NCBI GenBank assembly: GCA_015492115.1
Contig: WGFS01000197.1
Coordinates: 1-51,626, forward strand
DNA: 51,626 nt
Direction of reading: 5' to 3'
From: Aquificaceae bacterium
GTDB taxonomy: Bacteria; Aquificota; Aquificia; Aquificales; Aquificaceae
A program made the translations under genes and the position numbers. Every line of letters begins with the position of its first letter. Within the stretch, counting starts at the first letter, position 1. Of this stretch, positions 1-8,130 are shown one piece after another. Under the pieces are notes generated by a model. That model made no database searches and had not been told where the DNA came from. It was given only the letters and a program-made list of their open reading frames with translations.

Positions 1-1
1 A

Positions 2-313
2 ACCAAGGGAAGGAACCTCTCCTCTGCGGGGAACCTGAGAAGGTCTCCGTACAATCTCTGGCGAGTGCTGAGGGTAGCGGCGCTGACTGCGCTCTCCCCT
101 GAGGGGCGGAAAGTTCCCAGGAGCCTCTCTTCCCTGAAGCGATTACTTGTTTCGGGGGACGTGGGGAGAATCCTGAAAGGGCGTGAGACCCTGTTACCTG
201 GGACGGGGTCTATGGGTGTCCAAATACCGCCTGCCGGGTCTGTGGGCACCCTGAAGAGGCGGGATATAAATAGCCCGGCGCCTGAGTTGTGCGAAATTGC
301 ACAATTTGGGTAA
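2..313 (+). CDS. C-terminal tail of a probable TnpB-related protein (partial)
   Basis: Frame open from base 2 to TAA at 311-313 (...PYNLWRVLRVAALTALSP...LKRLLVSGD...GTGSMGVQIPPAG...). It resembles the tails I recall from thermophile IS200/IS605 TnpB-related proteins; no catalytic motif is visible in the window. Confidence 0.5.
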   Translation, partial: TKGRNLSSAGNLRRSPYNLWRVLRVAALTALSPEGRKVPRSLSSLKRLLVSGDVGRILKGRETLLPGTGSMGVQIPPAGSVGTLKRRDINSPAPELCEIAQFG

Positions 314-318
314 CCAGG
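130..318 (+). ncRNA. Candidate TnpB omega-RNA (reRNA) scaffold overlapping the ORF 3' end
   Basis: Hairpins 130-140/149-159, 186-194/203-211 and 287-292/299-304; pairings 227-232/257-262 and 233-238/274-279; loop-to-3'-end pairing 197-201/314-318. Confidence 0.45.
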
Positions 319-334
319 TGAGTAAAATATGGGT

Positions 335-496
335 ATGAGGAAGCTGGCGCTCATTCTACTGCTCGCTTCTTCCATATTTATAACATCGTGCGTTGAGGTA
401 GCTCTAATAGGGGCGGGTGTTGTGGCGGGTGGAGCCATAGGTTACTACGCGGGCAAAGAGGGATACAAGGTAAAGATTGAGAAGGAAGAGAAGTGA
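335..496 (+). CDS. Small lipoprotein (53 aa) with glycine-zipper-like segment; absent from the ORF track
   Basis: MRKLALILLLASSIFITS-C lipobox, then GAGVVAGGAIGYYAG; its stop overlaps the next GTG start (GTGA at 493-496); TAAAAT 6 nt upstream. Confidence 0.8.
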   Translation: MRKLALILLLASSIFITSCVEVALIGAGVVAGGAIGYYAGKEGYKVKIEKEEK

Positions 497-1752
497 TAAG
501 GCTCCTGCTCCTACTCCTTATAGCCCTCAGTCCCGGTATCGGAGGTCCAAAGGTGGTTGAGAAAACTCTACCCAACGGGGTTAAGCTCATAGTCAAGGAG
601 ACGAAGGGTAAGGGGATAGCGTCCGCCGTGATCTTCTTCAGAGGGGGACAGAACGGAGAGAAGAAGAAGGGGGAGACCCACCTACTCTTCACCTTGCTTC
701 TCAAAGGCTCAAGGGCTTATCCCTCATCCTACGATGTGTCGCTTCCCTTTGAGAAACACGGCGGGTACGTATACACCTCTTCGGGGGATGACTTCTCAGA
801 GCTCGGCTTCTCCACGATAGTGAGCGACCTTGAGACCGCACTGAGGGTCGTCAGGGACGTTATAGAGAACCCTCTGCTCAGAGAGGAGGATATAGAGAGG
901 GAGAAGAGAAATACGCTTGTGGCATTGCGCTCCAAGAGGGAGAGGGGAATGGAGTTTGCCATGGAGAACCTCCGGAAGCTGACCTACAGGGGTACACCTT
1001 ACGAAACGACCCCCCTCGGCACGGAGGAGAGCGTCTCTTCCATAGAGAGGAAGGACCTCCTCCGCAGACTTGAGGAGCTCAGGAGGGGTGGCAACATCGT
1101 CGTATCCTTTGCGGGAGACATGCCTGCAGAAGAGGCTCTCAGGCTCTTAGAGGATACCTTCAGGGACATACCCCCCGGGAAGATCTCCATGGAGGAGAGG
1201 GAGCTTCCCATAGAGAAGGAGGAAGTTCTCAGAGTCAAGAGGGAGGGCACCCAGGCGACCATACTCTGTGCCTTCAACGCTCCCAGAAAGGGAAGCGAGG
1301 ATTACTACGCCTTCAAGGTTTTTTCAAGCGCTCTCGGGGACGGCATGACCTCAAAGCTATTCGTTGAGCTCAGGGAGAAGAGAGGATACGCTTACGCAAC
1401 CTACGCCTTCTATCCCACAAGATACTCCGCACCCAGACTCTTTGCCTACATAGGAACGTCCCCTCAGAAGAAGGAGAACGCCCTCAGAGACCTCATATCC
1501 GTGGTCAAAAAACCGGAGCTCACCGAGGAGGACGTGCGGATCGCCAAGAACAAGATAGTTGGAGACTTCCTCCTTGACCATCAGACGAGGCTGAGACAGG
1601 CGTGGTATTTAGGTTTCTACGAGGTCATGGGGCTCGGATGGAGAACCGACCAGGAGTATCCGGACAGGATCAGAAAGGTCTCCTTGGAAGAGGTGAACTC
1701 CGCCATAGAGAGATACGTAGACAAATATCACTGCGTCGTGGTTGAACCCTGA
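493..1752 (+). CDS. M16 (pitrilysin) family peptidase-like protein, probably non-catalytic, with signal peptide
   Basis: LPNG start of M16 fold, SKLFVELREKRGYAY motif; HxxEH replaced by HLLFT. Confidence 0.85.
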   Translation: MIRLLLLLLIALSPGIGGPKVVEKTLPNGVKLIVKETKGKGIASAVIFFRGGQNGEKKKGETHLLFTLLLKGSRAYPSSYDVSLPFEKHGGYVYTSSGDDFSELGFSTIVSDLETALRVVRDVIENPLLREEDIEREKRNTLVALRSKRERGMEFAMENLRKLTYRGTPYETTPLGTEESVSSIERKDLLRRLEELRRGGNIVVSFAGDMPAEEALRLLEDTFRDIPPGKISMEERELPIEKEEVLRVKREGTQATILCAFNAPRKGSEDYYAFKVFSSALGDGMTSKLFVELREKRGYAYATYAFYPTRYSAPRLFAYIGTSPQKKENALRDLISVVKKPELTEEDVRIAKNKIVGDFLLDHQTRLRQAWYLGFYEVMGLGWRTDQEYPDRIRKVSLEEVNSAIERYVDKYHCVVVEP

Positions 1753-1766
1753 GTAAAATATCCCCC

Positions 1767-2297
1767 ATGGAGGCTGTAATAGGAGTCCTGACTGTATCCG
1801 ACAGGGCGAGCAGGGGAGAGTACGAGGACGTAAGCGGTAAGGCGATAATTGAATACCTCAAAGAGGTTATAAAGACCCCCTTCAGGATTGAGTACAGGGT
1901 CATACCCGACGAGAGAGAGCTGATAGAAGACACCCTCAAGGAGTTGTCCGACGACCTGGGATGCAGTCTAATACTGACCACGGGAGGGACGGGACCAGCT
2001 CCGAGGGATGTAACGCCGGAGGCTACGGAGGCTGTCTGTGAAAAGATACTTCCGGGCTTCGGGGAGCTGATGAGGAAGGTCTCTCTGGAGCAGGTTCCAA
2101 CCGCCATACTCTCAAGGCAGACCGCGGGTGTAAGGGGAAGCTGTCTGATAGTGAACCTGCCCGGAAAGCCCCAGTCTATAAGGCTCTGTCTGAACGCGGT
2201 ATTTCCAGCCGTACCCTACTGCATAGACCTCATAGGTGGAGCGTTCATAGACACCCACGAGGACAAGGTAAAGTCCTTCAGACCGGGGAGCAGGTAA
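1767..2297 (+). CDS. mog: Molybdopterin adenylyltransferase
   Basis: TVSDRAS, TTGGTGPAPRDVTPEAT, NLPGKP motifs. Confidence 0.95.
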   Translation: MEAVIGVLTVSDRASRGEYEDVSGKAIIEYLKEVIKTPFRIEYRVIPDERELIEDTLKELSDDLGCSLILTTGGTGPAPRDVTPEATEAVCEKILPGFGELMRKVSLEQVPTAILSRQTAGVRGSCLIVNLPGKPQSIRLCLNAVFPAVPYCIDLIGGAFIDTHEDKVKSFRPGSR

Positions 2298-2648
2298 CTA
2301 CACGTAGCCGAAGTCCCCACTCAGATCCGGATTGACCTTTATCCACTTGGGGAAGAAGCGCTCAGGCTCCTTTATGGGGAAGTCAAAGTCCTCAAAGCCC
2401 CTGTCCCCACCGCAGAACCTTGAGCCTACCGCCCTGAAGACGATGTATGTATCCACATCTCCCACCTTGGTGAATACACCGCCCTCGGGCGGTACTTCAG
2501 AGAGCTCTGCCCTGAACCTCTTTGCAATAAGACAGCTGAACTTGAGCGTAGGATACAGGACGAGGGTCTTGCCCTCCCTTCTCGCCCTCTCTATGAGCTC
2601 GGGTGATATAAAGAGCTCTGGTATCCTGACTTCTTCCTTAACCTCCAT
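2298..2648 (-). CDS. Hypothetical protein (116 aa)
   Basis: Fills the gap between mog and tpiA; RBS GGGGTGA upstream. Confidence 0.65.
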   Translation of the reverse strand: MEVKEEVRIPELFISPELIERARREGKTLVLYPTLKFSCLIAKRFRAELSEVPPEGGVFTKVGDVDTYIVFRAVGSRFCGGDRGFEDFDFPIKEPERFFPKWIKVNPDLSGDFGYV

Positions 2649-2687
2649 GGCTCACCCCCTACTCAATAATTTAGTAAAATTCTCACC

Positions 2688-3428
2688 ATGAGGCTCATAG
2701 CCGGCAACTGGAAGATGCACAAGACCGCATCGGAGACCGAGGAGTACATAAAGAGCTTTCTCAAGTTCGTTGAGCACCCCGAGAGCAGGGAAATACTGCT
2801 CTGTCCACCCTTCACCTCCCTGTACATCGCGGGGAAGCTGTTGGAGGGAACGGGGGTAAAGCTCGGCGCCCAGAACTGCCACTACGAGAGGGAAGGCGCC
2901 TTTACCGGAGAGATATCCATACCCATGCTGAAGGAACTCGGGTGTGAGTACGTAATAGTGGGTCATTCCGAGAGGAGGCACATATTCGGTGAGGACGACG
3001 AGCTCATAAACAGGAAGCTCGTAGCCTGTCTTGAGGAGGGAATAAGACCTATCCTCTGTGTGGGTGAGAAGCTGGAGGACAGGGAGGCTGGTATGACCTT
3101 CAAGGTGGTGGAAACCCAGGTCAGGCTCGCCCTGTCCGGTCTTGAGGAACACACGGACAGGATAGACATAGCCTACGAGCCCGTATGGGCTATAGGAACG
3201 GGTGTACCCGCGACTCCGGAGGACGCTGTAAGCGTTCACAGGTTCATAAAGGAGCTCCTGAAGGACATAAACCCCAAGAACGAAGGCAGGACGAGAATAC
3301 TTTACGGGGGCAGTGTCAAGCCAGGGAACGCGGGAGACTTCATGAAGCACTCCGAGATAGAGGGACTACTCGTTGGGGGAGCGAGCTTAGACCCTGAATC
3401 CTTTGCCAAGATCGTATACTCTTTTTGA
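2688..3428 (+). CDS. tpiA: Triosephosphate isomerase
   Basis: AGNWKM, GHSERR, AYEPVWAIGTG, YGGSV, LVGGASL. Confidence 0.98.
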   Translation: MRLIAGNWKMHKTASETEEYIKSFLKFVEHPESREILLCPPFTSLYIAGKLLEGTGVKLGAQNCHYEREGAFTGEISIPMLKELGCEYVIVGHSERRHIFGEDDELINRKLVACLEEGIRPILCVGEKLEDREAGMTFKVVETQVRLALSGLEEHTDRIDIAYEPVWAIGTGVPATPEDAVSVHRFIKELLKDINPKNEGRTRILYGGSVKPGNAGDFMKHSEIEGLLVGGASLDPESFAKIVYSF

Positions 3429-4460
3429 AAGGTAGGCTAAAAACAGAAGGTAGGCGACCAGCGCATACTGAGGGGGGAGGTTAGCCTTATCCATCAGGAG
3501 CTTTGGGCTGATTGAGACCATCCACCCCACCACGAGATGCAGGAAGAAGGAGAGCATACCAGCCTTCAGGTTTCTGAAACGGAAGAGGTCTCTGAGAAGA
3601 GGAATGAATATCATGAGAGGGAGCAGGGACATGCCTCCCCTGTAGAGGACCTCGGAGAGGTACCTGTCCGTGTCAAGCCCCAGCTTACCACCCTTCATGT
3701 AAAGGTTTATCAGTGAGGAGGAGCGAACGTGCTGTATCTTCTCTGCAAAGAGACCCACCTCCGATAAGCCTATCTCCGTCCCCAGCGAGAAGTTCTCCAG
3801 CTTCCTTACGAAGTAACCCTCGTGGAAGTTATAGGCTGAGCCCGTGTCCACGTGGATCACATTCCCCTTCCACCTACCGCTCCTGCCCTCAACAACCTCG
3901 TAAACCTCTCCCCCTGGGGTTACCCGAAGCATGAAGAGTCCTGCGAACCTTCCGCTTGAGACCTCAAGGCTCCCCACGTAAACGTAGTACCTGCCGAGCT
4001 CCGTTTCCTTCACGAACCAGAGCCTCTCCACGAGACGACCTATCTCCTGCTTCTTCTTGTAAGTCTTTTCTATGTACCAGAGCTTCTTAAAGAGCCCGGG
4101 TATGAAGCTCTCGTTCGCCGTGAGGAAGAGGAGGGAGAGGCTCAGTACGAACACGAGCAGAACCGCAGAGAACCTCAGGGGAGAGAGTCCAAAGCTCTGA
4201 GCTGTCAGGTCGGTGCCCCTTGAAAAGAGCCTCCTGAAGAGTATCAGGACGGATATGTTTACGAGAAGGGAGGAGAGGATATAGAAACCCAAGGGTATAA
4301 GGTAGAGGACGTACTTGACTCCAACCTCAAGACTGGTCACCTTGAAACCGAGGAAGAAATCGGTAAGGCTGTATATGACTATCAGACCGACGGATACAAC
4401 GCTCACGACCCCGAAGACCTTCAGGAAGTTCAGGAGCAGGTATCTGTCAAAGATGTTCAT
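3387..4460 (-). CDS. LptF/LptG family LPS export permease
   Basis: Start MNIFDRYLL at 4460; 3 TM + periplasmic beta domain + 3 TM; SFGLSPLR coupling-helix-like motif. Confidence 0.85.
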   Translation of the reverse strand: MNIFDRYLLLNFLKVFGVVSVVSVGLIVIYSLTDFFLGFKVTSLEVGVKYVLYLIPLGFYILSSLLVNISVLILFRRLFSRGTDLTAQSFGLSPLRFSAVLLVFVLSLSLLFLTANESFIPGLFKKLWYIEKTYKKKQEIGRLVERLWFVKETELGRYYVYVGSLEVSSGRFAGLFMLRVTPGGEVYEVVEGRSGRWKGNVIHVDTGSAYNFHEGYFVRKLENFSLGTEIGLSEVGLFAEKIQHVRSSSLINLYMKGGKLGLDTDRYLSEVLYRGGMSLLPLMIFIPLLRDLFRFRNLKAGMLSFFLHLVVGWMVSISPKLLMDKANLPPQYALVAYLLFLAYLSKRVYDLGKGFRV

Positions 4461-4483
4461 GTGGTATATAATTTTAAGACCCA

Positions 4484-4574
<91 letters not shown>

Positions 4575-4589
4575 CAAAAGGAGGAAGCT

Positions 4590-5237
4590 ATGAACCTTAC
4601 CATATATCTCATAACCGACGACAAGTACTTTAAGGGTAGAGACCTCCTTGAAACCATAGAGAAAGCTCTCAGAGGAGGCGTAACCGCAGTTCAGTACAGG
4701 TTCAAGAACAAGAACACAAGGGAGATGTACGAGGAGCTTCTGAAGCTCAGGGAGCTGACCCGAAAGTACAACGCGGATCTGGTTGTGAACGACAGGGCTG
4801 ACCTCGCCCTTGCGGTTGACGCTGATGGAGTCCACGTTGGGAAGAAGGATCTCCCTCCCGAAGCGGTAAGGAAGGTTGTGGGAGACAAGCTTTACATAGG
4901 TTACACAGCCAACAGTCTTGAGGAGGTCAAGAAAGCCCAGGAGCTCCCCATAGACTACATAGGCTTTGGCTCCATATACCACACTACCACCAAGGAAGAC
5001 TACAGGCTCGTCGGTGTGGAAGCACTCAGGGAGGCGGTAAGGGTATCCGAAAAGCCCATAGTGTGCATAGGGGGGATAATGCCATACAGGGTTGCGGAGG
5101 TGGTGAAGGCAGGATGCAGGAACCTGGCTATCTCTGCGGGGATACTCGGGTTTGAGGACGTGGAGAAGTCGGCGAGGGAGGTTCAGAGAGCCTACAAGGA
5201 AACCGTCAAGCAACTCATGCTCTTAGGTCAGATCTGA
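4590..5237 (+). CDS. thiE: Thiamine-phosphate synthase
   Basis: YLITD, VQYRFK, VNDRADLA, DGVHVG, IGGI; ATG at 4590 after GGAGG. Confidence 0.93.
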   Translation: MNLTIYLITDDKYFKGRDLLETIEKALRGGVTAVQYRFKNKNTREMYEELLKLRELTRKYNADLVVNDRADLALAVDADGVHVGKKDLPPEAVRKVVGDKLYIGYTANSLEEVKKAQELPIDYIGFGSIYHTTTKEDYRLVGVEALREAVRVSEKPIVCIGGIMPYRVAEVVKAGCRNLAISAGILGFEDVEKSAREVQRAYKETVKQLMLLGQI

Positions 5238-5250
5238 AGGAGGGAGAGAT

Positions 5251-5751
5251 ATGCCTTTAAAGAAAGGAGACAGGGCACCGGACTTTAAGCTCAGGCTCTG
5301 TCCTGAGGGAGAGTTTGAGCTCAGCTCATCGGGAGGCTATAACCTGCTGGTCTTTTACAAGGTCAGCTGTCCTACATGCCAGCTCACACTCCCCTTTGTG
5401 GAGAGGATGTTCAAGAGTTACGGGGACAGGATAAGGTTCCTCGGCGTATCCCAGGATGTATGTTCGGACACGGAGGAGTTTTCCAGAAACTATGGGCTCA
5501 CCTTTCCCCAGGCGAGCGACGCTCCCGATTACGGCGTATCCGTAGCCTACGATGTTCAGGTAGTCCCGACCCTCTATCTGATAGATGGAAAGGGAGAGAT
5601 CCTCTTTGTGGAGGAGTCCTTTGTTAAGAGTTCCCTTGAGAGTCTCAACGAAGAGCTGGCAAATCTCGTAGGAAAGGAGGTCAACCCCCTCTTTGAGGAC
5701 GTGAGCGTCCCTCCCTTCAAGGCTGGCTGAGGCTCCAAGAGCAGGCGCTAG
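5251..5751 (+). CDS. TlpA/AhpC-TSA-like redoxin, probably a selenoprotein (TGA 5728-5730 read as Sec; ends at 5730 if not)
   Basis: GDRAPDF, CPTC motif, VPTLYLID; tail FKAG-[TGA]-GSKSRR-TAG followed by a hairpin. Confidence 0.8.
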
Positions 5752-5761
5752 GTTAGCGCTC
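5731..5761 (+). promoter_or_regulatory. Candidate bacterial SECIS element
   Basis: Stem GCGCTA (5745-5750) / TAGCGC (5754-5759) with GGT apex about 20 nt after the in-frame TGA. Confidence 0.6.
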
Positions 5762-8129
5762 AGGCGATGTAGCTGAGGTCAAGCTTGTCTCCGTATCTGT
5801 AGAGGAGCAGTTCCCTGAGCTCCGGGTGTTTTTCAAGCCGTGGGTCTATCTCCAGAAGCTCCCGTGCGTCCTCCCTCGCGTTCTGGAGGACAGCCCTGTC
5901 GTGAGACCTGGCGAGGTTAGCCACGTTGAAACCGAAGTACCCCGACTGGGATACCCCCAGCAGTTCTCCGGGACCCCTCAGCTTCATGTCCATCTCGGCG
6001 ACCTCAAAACCGTCGTTGGTTCTGACCAGAACCTTCAGCCTCTTTATGGCATCCGCATCGCTCCTCCTTATGCTGTCGGGCACCACGAGGTAACAGTAGG
6101 AGGGTCTTTCAGACCTGCCAACCCTTCCCCTGAGCTGGTGAAGCTGGGACAGTCCGAACCGGTGGGCCTCTTCAACTATCATCAGGGTCGCCTCTGGCAC
6201 ATCTATCCCCACCTCTATCACCGTTGTGGATACGAGGACGTCCCCCTCCTCCTTGAACTCCTCCATAACCTCCCTCTTCTCGCTGTCACTCAGCCTCCCG
6301 TGGAGAAGGAGAACCTTCCTGTCCGGAAGTAGTTTCTTCCAGCGCTCGTACTCCTCCACAGCGGATTTGAGCTCCATCTTCTCGGACTCCTCTATAAGGG
6401 GATAGATCACGTAAACCTTGTTTCCCATGGAGAGCTCCCTCTTAACCGCTTCAAGGAGTTTGTCCTTCTCGCTCTCGTAGAGGAGGAGGGTTCTGACCTC
6501 CTTTCTTCCGGGAGGCAGTTCGTCTATGATGGATATGTCAAGGTCTCCGTAAACGGAGAGAGCCAGAGTCCTCGGTATGGGTGTCGCGCTCATGACGAGA
6601 CAGTGGGGGTAAAGACCCTTCCCCTTCTCAAGGAGAAGCTTCCTCTGCATGACACCGAACCTGTGCTGTTCGTCTATGATCACGAGACCGAGGCGATGGA
6701 ACTCAACCTTATCCTGAATTAGTGCGTGGGTGCCGACAACCACCTTCACGTTACCCTCTCTCACGTGCCTGTAAACACTTCTCTTCTGAGCCTGTGTAAG
6801 GCTTCCGGTCAGGAGGGCGACCTCTATCCCCTCCTTCTCAAAGAACTCCCTGAACTTCACGTAGTGCTGGTGGGCGAGTATCTCCGTTGGAACCATGACC
6901 GCAACCTGATAACCCTTCTGCACCGTAGCGAGGGCTGAACCGATGGCGACCACCGTCTTGCCCGAGCCAACGTCCCCCTGGAGGAGTCTGTTCATAGGGT
7001 GTTCCTTCCCCATGTCCGTGAGTATCTCTCTGAGGACCCTTACCTGGGCGTTGGTAAGCCTGAAGCTGAGCTTTTCCTGAAAACTCGCAATGAACCTGTC
7101 AACCGGGAGGTCTATCCTTGGAGAAGTCTCAAGCTCCGTTTCCTTCTTCTTTAAAAGGAGGGACAGCTGAAATAGGAAGAGGTCATCGTATATAGCTCTC
7201 CTGTGGTATATGTCCGAAAAGTTGTTGAGGTTCTTCAGGTCAATACCCTCGGGTATGTGAAGGAACTCTACGGTCTCTTCTATCTCCGGAAAGCCATACT
7301 TTTTCCTCATACCTTCGGGGAGATACTCGGGTAAATATCTTGCTGTTTTCTGGACAGCCTTCTGGAGTGCCTGTCTTACCCTGTTCTGGCGTGTTCTGGA
7401 GGAGATCCTCGTGACCTCCCCCTTAGCCCTCACATAGTAGAGGGGAAATATCCTTCCGAACTCACCCTCCCTCAGAAGCTCCGGGTGGACGATGTATCTC
7501 TCCCTGTTGAAGGACTTCAGCCTCCCGAGAACTACGACTTCCCTTCCCTTCCTGTAGAGGGCAAATATGAAGTCGTTCTTCTTGAACCTGAACCTCAGCT
7601 TGATCTCCTCAGTGCCGTCGGTACACACAACCTCCGCTGTGTATCTGCCGTCCTTTACCCTGCGCACATCCTTCACCCTCAGTCTTAGCACAACCTTCTC
7701 CCCAACCTTCGCAAGCCTTATGGAGGAGAGAGGTCTCCTGTCCTCGTACCTAAGGGGGAAGAAGAATAGAGCATCAAGGAGGGTCTCTATACCGAGGGAC
7801 TTCAAAACCTTCACCTCCTTTTCATCAAGGAACTTCAATTTCTCTATGGGGACGAGAAAATCCTTTATCTTTTTCTTCTTCACCTTCTCCCTCTTGCGTG
7901 GGTACCCACCAAACTCCTCAAGGAACCTCCTCAGGTCAAGGAGTAGAGCTTTCTTCTTCTCAAAGGGCATCCTGTCAAAGAGCTGGAGGTTTTCTAAAAC
8001 GTAGGGAGGTGCGCTGTCCTTCAGCTGGTTATAGAGGTATAGCCCTATGCCGAACCCCCTCCTGAGCTTGAGACCGTTGTTCTTCAGGAGGCTGTCAATA
8101 AACTCAAGTAGCTTCTTCCTGTCGGCCAT
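5760..8129 (-). CDS. recG: ATP-dependent DNA helicase RecG
   Basis: QGDVGSGKT, DEQHRFG, MSATPIPRT, QLRGRVGR, RGPGE. Confidence 0.97.
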   Translation of the reverse strand: MADRKKLLEFIDSLLKNNGLKLRRGFGIGLYLYNQLKDSAPPYVLENLQLFDRMPFEKKKALLLDLRRFLEEFGGYPRKREKVKKKKIKDFLVPIEKLKFLDEKEVKVLKSLGIETLLDALFFFPLRYEDRRPLSSIRLAKVGEKVVLRLRVKDVRRVKDGRYTAEVVCTDGTEEIKLRFRFKKNDFIFALYRKGREVVVLGRLKSFNRERYIVHPELLREGEFGRIFPLYYVRAKGEVTRISSRTRQNRVRQALQKAVQKTARYLPEYLPEGMRKKYGFPEIEETVEFLHIPEGIDLKNLNNFSDIYHRRAIYDDLFLFQLSLLLKKKETELETSPRIDLPVDRFIASFQEKLSFRLTNAQVRVLREILTDMGKEHPMNRLLQGDVGSGKTVVAIGSALATVQKGYQVAVMVPTEILAHQHYVKFREFFEKEGIEVALLTGSLTQAQKRSVYRHVREGNVKVVVGTHALIQDKVEFHRLGLVIIDEQHRFGVMQRKLLLEKGKGLYPHCLVMSATPIPRTLALSVYGDLDISIIDELPPGRKEVRTLLLYESEKDKLLEAVKRELSMGNKVYVIYPLIEESEKMELKSAVEEYERWKKLLPDRKVLLLHGRLSDSEKREVMEEFKEEGDVLVSTTVIEVGIDVPEATLMIVEEAHRFGLSQLHQLRGRVGRSERPSYCYLVVPDSIRRSDADAIKRLKVLVRTNDGFEVAEMDMKLRGPGELLGVSQSGYFGFNVANLARSHDRAVLQNAREDARELLEIDPRLEKHPELRELLLYRYGDKLDLSYIA

Positions 8130-8130
8130 T

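Larger units (their letters stand above)
1..318 (+). mobile_element. Probable 3' end (right end) of an IS200/IS605-family element carrying a TnpB-related gene; truncated by the window start
   Basis: Stop-free frame 2..313, dense stem-loops over 130-304, a subterminal hairpin TTGTGC-GAAATT-GCACAA (287-304) and a terminal CCAGG (314-318) complementary to loop CCTGG (197-201). Family assignment is from recalled resemblance only. Confidence 0.5.

Noticed and set aside
1750-1761. 12-nt match (TGAGTAAAATAT) to the putative TnpB guide start at 319-330, suggesting a second target at the mog promoter
   Set aside because: Both are -10 promoter boxes, so the similarity is expected; the TAM is unknown and the match stops at 12 nt
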